Source of the DNA: Dictyostelium discoideum | Lineage: Eukaryota | DNA: 64,000 nucleotides | Reading direction: 5' to 3' | Assembly: GCA_000004695.1 (NCBI GenBank) | Contig: CM000154.2 | Span: forward strand, 3,328,001-3,392,000 | Shown here: positions 23,960 to 39,998 of the stretch, piece after piece | Position numbering within the stretch: position 1 is the stretch's first letter | Layout: every line of letters begins with the position of its first letter | Translations under genes and position numbers: made by a program | The notes under the pieces: model-generated | Seen by the model: only the letters and a program-made list of their open reading frames with translations | Told to the model about the DNA's origin: nothing | Database searches by the model: none

Positions 23960-24360
23960 TTATAAACTTAAATCGGCAACAATAAGCCAATCGAATAAAG
24001 GTGATAATTTTGATCCTTCAATTTTTTGTGTGAGATGACCAAAATAAAGTGTACTATTATATTTAGTTCCATCGAAATCGGTTAATAGTATTGGTGTTGA
24101 TGTGTAACCATAGGGAATATCAGTTTCACAAATTTTTGGCCATATAGTTTCTGATGAGTCAAGACAAAGAGGTGGAAATTACCATCATTATCAAACACAC
24201 AAAAAACTGATAACCAACCAGTTAAAATACCACCACCTGATCTTGATCTATAATCTACAATTTTATTACACCATTCTTTATCTGGTTTACCTCTTGATGA
24301 TTGAATAAAGTTATCTAAAACTGGTAATAAATATCCAAGCCATTTATTCATATGATCTTC
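23960..24360 (-). pseudogene. Truncated, frameshifted copy of the 3' end of the gene at 10795-12114.
   Basis: The minus-strand translation MNKWLGYLLPVLDNFIQSSRGKPDKEWCNKIVDYRSRSGGGILTGWLSVFCVFDNDGNF aligns to NKWVDKYLLEILDNFIESSNGKPNKTWWNQIIDFREQSGSSVLSGWLSAFCLFKDDGSF of the parent. After a 1-nt frame change it continues SSETIWPK...TSTPILLTD...LFDWLIVADLS, aligning to PETKWPK...STPIQLTD...LDWFIISNLDI. There is no upstream homologous coding sequence; an AT-rich promoter-like stretch abuts it. Confidence 0.7.
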
Positions 24361-24482
24361 TTTATTTTATTTATATTTTCTATTTTTTTTTTTTATTTTT
24401 TATTTTTGTTTTTATTTTTTTTTTTTATTTTTATTTTTAATTCACACAAATAATTTTCATTTTTGACAAAGAGAAAAAAAAA

Positions 24483-24785
24483 ATGAACCGTAACCACCAC
24501 CACCCAGATTCTACTGAAAAGCTTTTACAATATGATAACTTATTGGAATTTGAATTTGGGAAAGATTGTACAGCAGAATGTATTAAGGAAGTAGTAGAAA
24601 GTCTTGAAATGTACAAAACTGCATCAATACTTTATCAATCACTCAAAGTTAACGAAGATGGTTCCTTACCTCTTTTTCAATTCAGAGATGTATTACACTA
24701 CCATAGTGAGGATTATTTAGTTGAAGACAAAAATATTCAAGATCTCTTTACAGTCAATATTTTGGATCTTAATTTTCCTGGTTAA
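24483..24785 (+). CDS. Small hypothetical protein of 100 aa, starting MNRNHHHPDSTEKLLQYD...
   Basis: ORF with an AAAATG start context and coding-like GC relative to its flanks. No recognisable domain. Further exons cannot be excluded. Confidence 0.4.
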   Translation: MNRNHHHPDSTEKLLQYDNLLEFEFGKDCTAECIKEVVESLEMYKTASILYQSLKVNEDGSLPLFQFRDVLHYHSEDYLVEDKNIQDLFTVNILDLNFPG

Positions 24786-24992
24786 CCAAAAAGAACAGAT
24801 ATCCCAACAAAAGAAGAAGAAAAATAATAATAAAAAATATATTTTTTAAAAGATTATTACATAAACAAAACCAATTTAGGTTTTATTTTTATTGTTATCA
24901 TTTTTTTTTTTTTTCCTTTTTTAATTTTTAAAAAATTAAAAATTATTATATTCTTCATCATATAACATCTCCTCATATTTTTTGAAAATTCT

Positions 24993-25038
<46 letters not shown>

Positions 25039-25050
25039 TAAGAAACTATT

Positions 25051-25105
25051 TTTATTCACTTTGATTTGATTTGATTGATTTGATTTGATTTGATTTGATT
25101 TGATT
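25051..25105. repeat. (GATTTG)n hexanucleotide repeat of about 8 units.
   Basis: Read directly from the sequence. Confidence 0.85.
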
Positions 25106-25421
25106 TTTTTTTTTTTTTTTTTCCATCCAGATATTTGACTCTATTTTAATTTATTAAAAGTCTCAAGAATTGCTCATTTGAGGTGTTGTGCAAAAAAAAG
25201 CCAAATATTGATGGTTAATTATTAAAAAAAAAATAATAATAAAACAACAATAATATATAATAATAAGTAACAATTAAATTTAAAAATTAAATAAAAATTA
25301 ATTTGCAATATCATTTATTTATTTAATTTTTTTTTTTTTTTCTATTTTTTTTTTATAATCTTTGGCCGAAGATTTTTTTATACACAAATATTTTATTTTT
25401 AAAAAAAAATTATTTTAATTA

Positions 25422-26601
25422 TTATTGATGGTGTAAATTTCCAGTGAAATCTTCAACATATTCTAAAAAAGAACTTTGTAAAATAAATAAATCCAAGTTG
25501 AGTGCTGGTGGAATGTTTGCAGGTGGATTAGGAACTCCATTAAAAATGATTGTACTTGGAATCTAAATAAATAAATTGAAATAGATTAAAAATGAAAACA
25601 AACAAATTAATTAGAAACCAGTAAATACATATTATATATAAATGAATTATATATTTTTACTTACACTAATTAAAAACATGGGAAGATTAGGTGCATTACA
25701 TTGAACTGGATTGGTTCTTTTATATCCGACTGCTGGAACACCAACTGTAATAGTTTGATATTGATTTTCATTTATTTGAGAAATTGGTTTGGTTCCAAAA
25801 GAAATTATAGAAACTGGATTTTCTCTGCTTATAACACCATTAAACACAAGTGCTGTGCATTTAAATGTATTATTATTATTTGGATCTCTTGGTCTGATAC
25901 AAATACATAATACATATTGAATACCTGAAATTCTAAATAAAATTCTTGCTCTTGCTACCGCATATGAAACACCTTTTGAGTAATACATCTCAAAAGCCAC
26001 TGTAGGGATATCTACATTAGGTTGTGCTCTTCCCTTTGGTAGTAAACATGAATCGGGTTGAACAAAACCATTGCCAGGTATAGCAATTGACAGTTCATTC
26101 AAACCCACAAGGCTATAATTACTAGTAAGGCTATATGCACCGACTTGTACAAGAAAATAAGATAAACCGAATGCATGAATCTTTGAAACGCTCAAATCAG
26201 TGATTATAACGAAACCATTAATAAGCATTACCTTTGGAATATCATCAAACATATTTCTTATATTATCAAATTTTTCAAGACTAATATTTTTTGCAACAAT
26301 AATACCATCAACATTTTTATTAAACAGTAACAAATCACCCAACTCCTATGTATTTTATAAACATTTAAAATAAAAAATATCAATATTTATCAATCTTCAT
26401 TAGTTTTAATTATTTAATATTTACTTTTTTACTGAATTTAATTCTCTCTTTGATTGAAATAAATTGATTTGATAAATCTACTAAACTGAAGCTATCAATA
26501 GATTTCAAATCAAAACTTTTATTATTTTCATTTGTTAATGTATTCATTACTGACTGTACATTGGTGGCTCTGCCAATTGATAAAAAAGAAAAAAATTTCA
26601 T
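25422..26601 (-). CDS. Three-exon gene encoding a hypothetical 332-aa protein with a hydrophobic N-terminus, as complement(join(25422..25562, 25665..26345, 26425..26601)).
   Basis: Exon A MKFFSFLSIG...KFSKK ends at a GTAAAT donor. Exon B (the track ORF 25647..26342 shows 'M' for a TTG, so it is not a real start) follows acceptor ..ACATAG and ends ..MFLIS before a GTAAGT donor. Exon C follows acceptor ..TTATTTAG and reads IPSTIIFNGVPNPP...GNLHHQ*. All junctions keep phase 0. Confidence 0.65.
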
Positions 26602-26636
26602 TTTTTTGGATTTTTTTTTCCCAAAAATGGTGGCCC

Positions 26637-26712
<76 letters not shown>

Positions 26713-27011
26713 AAATATATATAAATAATCTTTAATTAATTATTTGAAATAATATAACATAAAAAAATAAAAAAAATAAAAAAAAAAATTTTTACTTTTA
26801 TAATTTTTTTAAATAATTTGATATAAATTATTTTTACTTTTATAAACAAGTGTCTCTATCATTTAAAAATCAATTTACACTTTTTTAATAAAAGTTTTTT
26901 TTTTATGATAAAACCACCCGTTTGAAAAAATAAATCAAAAAATCATAAATAAAAGAATGAATATTTTATAATTTTTTATTATATCCTAATTTATCTTTTT
27001 TATCCACCCCC

Positions 27012-30747
<3,736 letters not shown>

Positions 30748-31150
30748 TTTTATATAAAAAATAAGAAAAATAATAAAATAAAAAATAAAATCAGATTTTG
30801 TTGTGAAAAAGAAAAAAAAAAAAAAATACAGAAAAAAAAAGAAAATTTTTACAGAAAAAAAAAAGAAAATTTTTTTTTTTTTTTATTTGTTTTATATTAG
30901 AAGTTCTTTATTCGAACAATTGTACAGTGATTTTTCTATTATGTGATTATTATATTATTATATTTATATATATATTTTTTTTTTGAATATTTTAAAAAGA
31001 AAAAGGGAAAGAAAGAAAGAAAAAAAAAAAAAAAAGAAAAATAAAAAAGAAAAAAAAAAAAAAAAAAAAAGATGTTTTTTTTTTTTTTTCTATTATAATT
31101 TTGGTTATTATGGTTATTATTTGTTATTATTTATATTACTACTATTACTA

Positions 31151-33664
31151 TTACCAAGGGAAACCTATTGACTCTTTTAATTTTTGTGGAATATCTTTTC
31201 CATTTGGGTGGTTATCATTATTATTTTTTTTATCATTCTTTGTTTTTGATGAAAATTCTCCTTCAGAGTCATCAGAGTTTGTGTGGGAAGAATTACTATC
31301 ATCAGAATCAGAAGATGAATATTCTGAATATCCTGAACTATGTATATCTGAACATTCGTTTTGTGATTGAGATGATTCTGAAAACTCTTCACCACTACTG
31401 CTACTACTGCTGCTGCTACTACCATTCTTTTTGTTACTATCTTGATTATTTTTATCTTTTGATTTTTTATTATTATTTCCTTCATCTTGACTATCTTCAT
31501 CGCTATGAATTTGTCTTGGATCTTCTTCGTCCTCCTCATCCTCATCCTCATCCAATAGGTTGATTACTAATGGTGGAGTTTTAACCAAAAGGTCATCCAT
31601 TGAAACTAATTGTGGTAACAATTTTTCATCTTCTAATTGTTTTGCATATTTCACAATATTTTTTCTCTCTCTAGCGATTTGATCAACCAAACGCTCCTCG
31701 ATGAATTTAGAGAGTTGAGTTGGGAAAGAGAAACGGGAATATTGATCCTTTATCATATCGTTTGAGACCAACTTTAAGAAACTATTACAAAGTACACCTC
31801 TAATGAATGGAATGTTGAAACTACTCTTACCGACATCATTATCTCTATCATGTGGATCGATTAATGTTAAACTTGTACCCCATTGTTCTTCCTTTTTATA
31901 ATAGTATCCACCATTCTCTAAACTGATTCCATAGAGTGAGTAATTGAATGATCTTCCATAGAGTTCTAAAAACTCAATTAACATTGAGCCATAATCAGTT
32001 GCATCACCTGCATGTCTATATTCTCTTCTAATCTTACTAGTTGGTGATTGACAACGATATTGATGTGGTACATATCGAAGTTGTATAAAACTAACTACCA
32101 TCAATGCCAAGGCATATGATCCAATTCCACCAGTATATGTTTCATTTAAATTATTTTGATGTAAAAAGAATTTTATTATTAAAAGTAATGTTCTCATTGA
32201 TTTATATTGCTGAAAAAAAATAAAATAAAATAAAATAAAAAAATATATTAGTATTATATTTTAAAAAAAAAACTAAATAATTTTTAAAATTATAAAAACT
32301 TACTTTTAATAAACCTTTAACAACAGCAGTATTTTCAATACCATTTGGAGTATCAAAACAAATATCAATATTGTAGTGGGAATGAGAACTTGTCATTTTA
32401 ATGATTGGAACTTTAGCACCGAAAATATTCCGTACATTTATGAAAGAGTCTTGATGATTTCTAATTATTATATCAAAGAGGTCTCTAATTGGATTTTGAT
32501 TGTATTTATTTACACTTTCAGCATTGTTAATGCCAGAGATTTGAATATCAATATCACTGGAAGGAATGAATAGATTTGAAGAAAAGGAACCAAATACCAC
32601 TACATTTGCTTTTGGCCAATTTGATTTAACTATAGCATCCAAATCTCTTATTATCTTTTGTCGTATTCTTGACTCCAACTCACTTGGTTCCAACCATTGT
32701 GAAAACAATTCAATCTCTCTATTAAATGATAAACTTGATAAATCCTTACTGGTATAATGTCCTTCTAACCATAATGGAATATGAATTGGTTTTTCATTTC
32801 TCTTATGGTGATTACCATGATTACCATGATATTTATTCTTTGAAAAATTAAATGTTGAATTATTATATGAAAATGGTTGACTATTGTACTGGTTATTGTT
32901 ATTATTGTTATTATTATTGTTATTATTATTATTATTATTGTTATTATTATTATTATGGTTATTGGTGTTATTGTTATTATTTGAAAGCGTTTGTTTTTCT
33001 ACTGATGATTTTGAATTATCAAAAAGTGGTAAAAAGTTTTCTTGTGAAATATTATAAATTGGTTGTGGTTGTGGCTGTGGTTGTGTAGTAGTTGATGGTT
33101 GTGATGTTTGAATTGATTGAGGTTGTTGTGTGGTAGTTGGCAATTGGGTTGATGGTAGAGATGGTGATTGTGTTTGTGTTTGTGATGCAGATGATGAAGA
33201 AGATGATGAAGATGATGATGAAGATGATGATGTTTTCTTTGGTGATGGAGGTTGTGTCATTGAAGACTCTTTTTTATCATCTTCACTATCGTGAATCATT
33301 GAAAATTCTTTGTTAGAGTGGTGGTCATCAGTTTGGTTAATCTTTTCTTTTATCTTGTCAGTTGGTATTATATTTGGCTTTTGATATTTCTTTGGATAAG
33401 ATGGTGATTTTGAAAAAGAAGATGGTGAACTATTATTATTATTATTACTATTACTATTGTTATTGTTGTTATTGTTATTATTTTGTGTTATTGCTATGGA
33501 TGGTGATGGTGGAGATGATTTTGGTGATGGGGAATTCTCTGGAGATGAATTGGTTGGTGAAGATCTTTTAGATTTATTCTTTTTCTTTCTTCCATGATCT
33601 TTATCCTTATTTGATTCACGATTACTATCACGATCTTTTTCACGTCTATTATTATTATTATTAC

Positions 33665-33706
<42 letters not shown>

Positions 33707-34460
33707 TAGTGCTACTATTATTATTATTATTAATAGTACTACTATTATTATTATTATTATTATTACTACCAGTGCTACTATTATTACTATTATTATTATT
33801 ATTATTGTTATCACTGATATTATTATTTTCTTTGTTGTCTTTTAATGGTTCTTTACTATCTTTTTGTTGTTGCTGTTGTTGTTGGTGATCTTTATTATCT
33901 TTGTGTTGTTCTTTATCAGAAGATTGTTGTTGTTGTTGTTGTTGTTGGAGAATCTTTTGATTTAGTTCACTTGGGAGAATACCAGATAGACCTTGATTTG
34001 GTGGTGATGAAGATGGTGAAGTAGAAGCACTATTCTGACGAGGTTTCTTTCTTTTGAACATCGTGTTTGTTTGATTTAAGTCTATTGGTGACGATGAAGC
34101 TGGCGACGAAATTTTTGATATTATTGTTTTTACTCCACTATCTTTGTTTTCAAAAGTAGCAGATTTATTCTTATTATTATTATTATTGTTGTTGTTATTG
34201 TTATTATTATTGAGTTTAGTACTATTAATATTGTTATTTTTGTTGCTGTTATTGTTTGAAAGTTTTTTTGGTTGTTGTTTTTGTTGTTGACTATAATCTT
34301 GAGATTGGTTTCTATTATTTCTAGCCTTCTTTTTTATGTCTGTATTGTTATTATTTGTTTTATTTGGTAATCTATTATTTTTATTTACACTATTTTTTAA
34401 TCTATTATTTCGATAACAATAACAGACAACAATAATTGACAAATTGAATGTCGATAACAA
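31151..34460 (-). CDS. Non-canonical poly(A) polymerase or terminal nucleotidyltransferase of the Trf4/Cid1/GLD-2 family, with a long N/Q/S-rich N-terminal region, as complement(join(31151..32209, 32304..34460)).
   Basis: Exon 1 carries the Pol-beta nucleotidyltransferase motif VVFGSFSSNLFIPSSDIDI. It ends ..GLLK before GTAAGT at 32303, and a 94-nt intron ends ..TTTCAG at 32210. Exon 2 carries the PAP-associated domain LIIKFFLHQNNLNETYTGGIGSYALALMVVSFIQ, then an acidic and Ser-rich tail. The start at 34460 is uncertain; Met at ~codon 125 (MFKRKKPRQ) is an alternative. Confidence 0.8.
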
Positions 34461-34667
34461 TATGTAAAATGATATAATTAGTATCTCAATTTTTGATTTT
34501 ATTATAAGAAGAGGATTGTAAAACTACACTATTCTATTCGTTTCTATCCCTTTCTAAAAAAAAAAAATAAAAAAAAAAACAAAAGTGGGGGAAGAAGAGT
34601 TTTATTATTTTTTTTTTTTTTTTTTTTTTTTTTTCCTCTTTTTTTTTTTTTTCTTGGGTTAATTATT

Positions 34668-34703
<36 letters not shown>

Positions 34704-35044
34704 TTTTTTTTTTTTTTTTTTAAATTATATTTCCTTTTTATGTTATTGAGCAGATAGACTGGAAAGTTTTCTGTTTCAATTTAAACATATAAAAAAAAGA
34801 AAAAAAATAAAAAATAAAAAGAAAAAATAAATAAAAAAATAAAAAAGTTAAAAAAGATAGAAATTAAAAAAAAAAATAAAAAATAAAATAAAATAATATT
34901 AAAAAAAAAAATATATATTAACACAAAAATAAACAAAAACAAAAACAAAAAAAAAAAAAAAAAAAAAAAAAAACCAAAAGATACTATTAGGTGATTGTTA
35001 CAAAATAAAAGGAATAAAGAAGTATTGTATTTTGCTGATTTGTT

Positions 35045-35078
<34 letters not shown>

Positions 35079-35117
35079 TATATGTGAATGATAATAAAAT
35101 ATTTCTATTTTATTTTA

Positions 35118-35152
<35 letters not shown>

Positions 35153-35290
35153 GGTTTTTATTTTAAAAGTATTATTATGTGTAATTCATATATTCACAAA
35201 ATGTAATAGAATAAAATAAATTTTGCATATGTGTAGTGTCGGTTTGTTCAATTTAATTTATTTTTTTTTTTTTTTATTTTGTAAAAAAGT

Positions 35291-35326
<36 letters not shown>

Positions 35327-35654
35327 CTTTGCGATTGTGAGGTTTTATGAATGATATCTAACTATAAAAGTCACTTTTTTAATAATAAAAAAAATAAAAA
35401 TAAAGTGGATTTTTAAAAAAAAAAAAATATATGTTTAAAAAAAAAAAAATTTTTTTAAGCTTGATTTTTCAATAAAAAAAAAAAAGAAATATATGAAAAA
35501 AAACGATGAAAGTGCAATAAAAGGTAGCGATAGAAATAATAATAAAAATAAAAAATGGGTGAATTGATTATATAATGGTTGTCCATATTATTTTTTTAAT
35601 ATTAAAGGAAAAAAGAAAAAAAAAAACCAATAACACAAAATATGAAACTAAGGG

Positions 35655-35690
35655 TGTGGGTGGGAATGGTGTGGTGGGTGGGGTATATAA
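35655..35690. promoter_or_regulatory. G-rich GT element GGGTGTGGGTGGGAATGGTGTGGTGGGTGGGG, a candidate GBF-type G-box, immediately followed by TATATAA.
   Basis: A striking G-rich island in a >2-kb A/T desert. The call is based on similarity to known Dictyostelium G-box/CAE half-sites (GTGTGGG), by inference. Confidence 0.35.
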
Positions 35691-35918
35691 TTAATAATAT
35701 TATTATTATTATGTTTTGTTGTAAATATGTTTCTCCAAATTGGGTGTGATTATATTAAATCTTTGATTTAGGTATACAAGTCAAAAATAAAATAAAAATA
35801 AAATAAAAATAAAAATAAAAATAAAATAAAAATAAAATAAATTATAAAATCAATTACAATAATTATTAATTATTAATTTGGGTGTGGTATTATAATCTAC
35901 TACAAATTATTATAATTA

Positions 35919-35949
<31 letters not shown>

Positions 35950-36056
35950 ATTATTTAATTACTATATTGTTTATTATTATTATTATTATTATTTATCGAT
36001 GAAAAAAAAAAATATTACTCTGGCTATGAAAAATTTTATTTTTTTTTTATTTTTTT

Positions 36057-36097
<41 letters not shown>

Positions 36098-36349
36098 GGG
36101 AACCCACCCCTTTTTTTCATATGAAAAATTTGAAAAAGAATTGTATGACCATTTTAACGAGAGAAAATATTATTTAAATGGAATAGAAAAAGAATCTATT
36201 AAAAAAAAAAAAAAAAAAAAAAAAAGAAAAAAGATAGTAAATAAATAAATAAAAATTTTACTTACTTCTACAAATTGTTCGATTATTAAATGTTTTTTTT
36301 TTTTTTATTTTATTTTATTTAAATTTTTTAATTGCTATTTACTTATTTA

Positions 36350-36380
<31 letters not shown>

Positions 36381-36511
36381 AAAATATTTATTTTTACAAA
36401 ATTTTAATTTAATAGTTTTAAGCTGTTTTGTTTTAAATAAAAAAAAGTTTGAAAATAAAAAAATTTAAAAAAGGTTTTTCCTTTAGTTTGGGATTTTTTA
36501 AATGAAAGGGG

Positions 36512-36548
<37 letters not shown>

Positions 36549-36901
36549 CCCAAAAATTCAAAAATAATCGATTTTTTTTAATTTTTTTTTAATTTTTTTT
36601 TTTATTTTTTATTTTTTTAAATTTTTTATTATTTTTTTTTTTATTTTTTTTTTTTTTTTGATACATTTTGATTTTAAAAAAAAAACAATAGAAACTGGGA
36701 GAATTTCAAATAAAAAGTGTTTAAATTCTTTTTTTTTTTTTTTAATTTGAAAATTGTTTTTTTTTTTTTCCTTTTTTTTTTTAATTAATTAGCAATGTAC
36801 ATATCACAAATTTGGAAATTGGTAATATTAATAAATGTTGGAATTTTTTTTTTTTTTTTTTTTTTTTTTATTTTCTTAAATTAGTGATTTTAAAATTTTT
36901 A

Positions 36902-37005
36902 CTATAATTTACTATTTAATGTTTTTTTTTGATTCATATAAACAATATCAATTAATTGATTGATCACTTTTTGATATTCGCCTGGATTTTGATTAAAATG
37001 GGAGC

Positions 37006-37071
<66 letters not shown>

Positions 37072-37970
37072 GATTAATATCAAATACCTTTTCAATTAAA
37101 TATGTTTCAAAAGGATATTTAGAATAGGTATTTATTTGAGAGATTTGATTTCCATCATTATTATTAATTGCGGTAGTAGTAGTGGTAGAGGTAGTGGTGG
37201 TGGTGGAAATATGCTTAAGATTTGGTAAATTAAATTTCACACTTTTAATAAAAGAATTAATAAAATTTTGATTTTGAGTAGTATCATTTTTTGAGTGAAT
37301 AATTACATGATTCCAAGTATTTAAGGGTGATATTAAATATTTAAAATATGATTTATTTTTAAATCTATAATCACTAATATCTAAAAAAAATGGTTTATCA
37401 AATGATTGAAACATATCAATACCATCATTTAGTAATGGTAATGGATAATGATTATTATTATCAATTAATGAACCTCTAATAATTCTCATTAAATAAGAAT
37501 ATTGTTCATTTACTTGAATATATTTTAATAAAAATCCAAATAAAATTGAACCACTGGAAATTTGATGAAAACATAAAATCCTATGAAATCCATCATCACC
37601 TTGGAAATAATTATCAATAAATTTTACAATTTCTATAATTCCATCTTCACAATTATCACTTAAATTATTACTATAATTATAAATTAATTTTAATATTATT
37701 ATAATTATTTTTATTATTTGAATATTGTTTTTTTTATTTTTTAATTTTTTTTTTTATTATTTTTTTTATTAATTTTTTTTTTTTTTTTTTGTTTAATAAT
37801 AAACTTACTTACATTGGTGAACATTTTAAACAATTAAAACCTCTTTCAATCCAATGACATGAAATTATTTCCAAATTAGGATCATTACTACCAGTTAATA
37901 AAACAACAACTGGTAGTTCTTTTTCATATTTTTTATAACAAAAAGGATTTTTTATATAGTTAATTTCCAT
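36902..37970 (-). CDS. TMEM53/DUF829-like protein, paralog 1, as complement(join(36902..37669, 37813..37970)). The exon-2 frame is ambiguous (see findings).
   Basis: Exon 1 MEINYIKNPFCYKKYEKELPVVVLLTGSNDPNLEIISCHWIERGFNCLKCSP matches the DUF829 signature PxVVLLGW...KY...GC. It ends in phase 2 at a GTAAGT donor at 37812. Exon 2 contains FHRILCFHQISSGSILFGFLL, the FHxFSNGG-like motif. It has a poly-T(STTTT) linker and a poly-N tract. The stop is at 36902. Confidence 0.65.
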
Positions 37971-38129
37971 TATACACTTAAATATATTTATATGATAATA
38001 GAAAAAAAAAAAAAAAAAACAAATAAAATAAAATTTTAAAAAAAAAAAATATAAAATAATTAATCATTATTTATTAATAAAAAAAAAAAAAAAAAAAAAT
38101 TATTCATATTTTTAATTTTTTAAGATGTT

Positions 38130-38260
38130 TGGGAGAGTGTGGTGGTGTTAGAATTAGATAAAAACATTTTTTTTTTTTCATTACGAATAAAATATATTAG
38201 ATAATTATTTGGAGTGTTTGAGGAGTGTGAGGAGTGTGGTGGCGATTGTATGATTTACTT
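38130..38260. promoter_or_regulatory. Pair of GT-rich elements, GGGAGAGTGTGGTGGTG and GGAGTGTTTGAGGAGTGTGAGGAGTGTGGTGGCG, 160-290 bp upstream of DUF829 paralog 1. They are candidate G-box-type promoter elements.
   Basis: A repeated GAGTGTGGTGG core read directly. The position relative to the ATG at 37970 is consistent with a promoter element. Confidence 0.35.
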
Positions 38261-38497
38261 TTATATCTTTCCAAACATTTGTTTTTTGTTTTGTTTTTTT
38301 TTTTTTTTAAAAAATTATAATTTTGTTATGTACAATCAATTATTATTTATTTTTTTTATTTATTTTTTTTGACAGATAAAAAATTCAAAAATAGAAAAAA
38401 CAGATAAAGTTTTGTTTAACCACTAGTGGTTACATATCTTTTTTTTTTTTTTTTTTTTTGACGACACTTCATGTTTTCAAATATTAAAAAGGGTTTT

Positions 38498-38542
<45 letters not shown>

Positions 38543-38558
38543 TAATAATATTTTTTAA

Positions 38559-39081
38559 TTATAAATATAAACAATTTCCCAAAGCTATAAAGTCATTTAT
38601 AGTTTTTTTATATTCTTCAGGGTGATTTTTAAAATGAAGAGCATGTTTTGAATCAAAAGTTTTTCTTTGTATTTGTCTATTTGAATTATTAACAGAGTTT
38701 TTAAATAATTCAACAAACAAATCAGAGGTATTTGGAAAGAAATCATCATATTCCCCACTAATTACTAAATAATTCCAACCATAATCATTGCTTAAAAAAT
38801 GTGGGAAATCATATTTACAATAGTATCTCCATTTTGATTTAAAAACTGGGAATATAGAAGCAAGAATATAACCAAATACACCTTTTTCTTTCATTGTTTT
38901 TGCAAGTCCTCTAAAAACTTCGGCTTCATTAATTATCATACCACTATCCAAAACAATAGATTTTATCATTGGTAATATATATTTATATTTCCCATTTTCA
39001 AAACTATTTAAACTTTTAATAAATGACCCAATATAACATGTTCCAACACTAAATAAAAAAATTAGAATATTAGTAGATGAA

Positions 39082-39112
<31 letters not shown>

Positions 39113-39387
39113 ATTTACCTAATTCCATGAAGATAAATAGTTTTTGAAGTATTTTTATTATTATTTAAATACTTATGAATTTCTTTAATTAAATTTTTAA
39201 CTTCCATTCTTAATAAAATTGTTGAAAAATCTAATGGAGGAATATTAACAAACACATCACAACCTTCCCAAATTTTACAAAACTTTTCCATTATTTTTTT
39301 ATTTGAACTTATAAATCCAAATATTACAACAAGTGGTTTTGTTTCATTTTGAAAAGAGTTTGAAGGGCGGAATATTAAGTCAAACAT
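38559..39387 (-). CDS. TMEM53/DUF829-like protein, paralog 2, about 253 aa, as complement(join(38559..39048, 39119..39387)).
   Basis: Exon 1 MFDLIFRPSNSFQNETKPLVVIFGFISSNKKIMEKFCKIWEGCDVFVNIPP...YLHGI ends at ag|GTAAAT. A 70-nt intron ends ..TTATTTAG at 39049. The phase-2 junction gives S, and exon 2 continues VGTCYIGSFIKSLNS...MIKSIVLDSGMIINEAEVF... It has the same family and orientation as the gene 600 bp upstream. Confidence 0.75.
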
Positions 39388-39623
39388 TTTGAATTTCCTA
39401 TTTTATAAAATATAAATAAAAATTTATTCTATTTTTTTTTTCTTGTTTCCTTTTATATATTTTTTTTTTCTTTTTTTTATTATTAATTAATAAATCAATT
39501 TAAGGGGATTAGTATTTGTTTATTATATTAAATAATACGTAAAAACAAATTGTAGTAGTAGATAAAAATTAATAAATTTAGAAATATATTTTTTTTTTTT
39601 TTAAAATTACTCCCGAGATTCGG

Positions 39624-39666
<43 letters not shown>

Positions 39667-39898
39667 AAAAAAAAAAAAGGGATAGGCTTTACTAAAATAT
39701 AAAATAAAAAATAAATCTTTAATGGCAGTAGTTATAAATTTTTTATTTATTTTATTAATTTCATCTTAAGTAGGCGTTATTTTATATGGGTAAAAGCGAC
39801 TAACAACATTAATGGTTCATTATTATTTCCGAAATATTTTTTATATTCCCATTATTTTTTTTATTTTATTTATTTAATTTATTTTTTTTTATTTTTCA

Positions 39899-39943
39899 TT
39901 AATTTATTTTTAATTTGTTTGATGAAGACGAAAAATTTAAGGG

Positions 39944-39998
<55 letters not shown>

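Noticed and set aside
25647-26342. Treating the 231-aa ORF as a complete gene starting at 'M'.
   Set aside because: The first codon is TTG. The flanking GTAAAT/AG and GTAAGT/AG signals and in-phase neighbouring exons show it is the middle exon of a three-exon gene.
31101-33814. Small plus and minus ORFs (31101..31370, 31168..31563, 31177..31551, 32376..32757, 32852..33088, 33362..33571, 33494..33814).
   Set aside because: They overlap the well-supported Trf4-like gene in other frames and are rich in homopolymer translations.
34460-36900. A possible gene in the 2.4-kb gap.
   Set aside because: There is no ORF above 60 aa in any frame. The gap is >85% A/T with homopolymers, and only the G-rich island at 35655 stands out.
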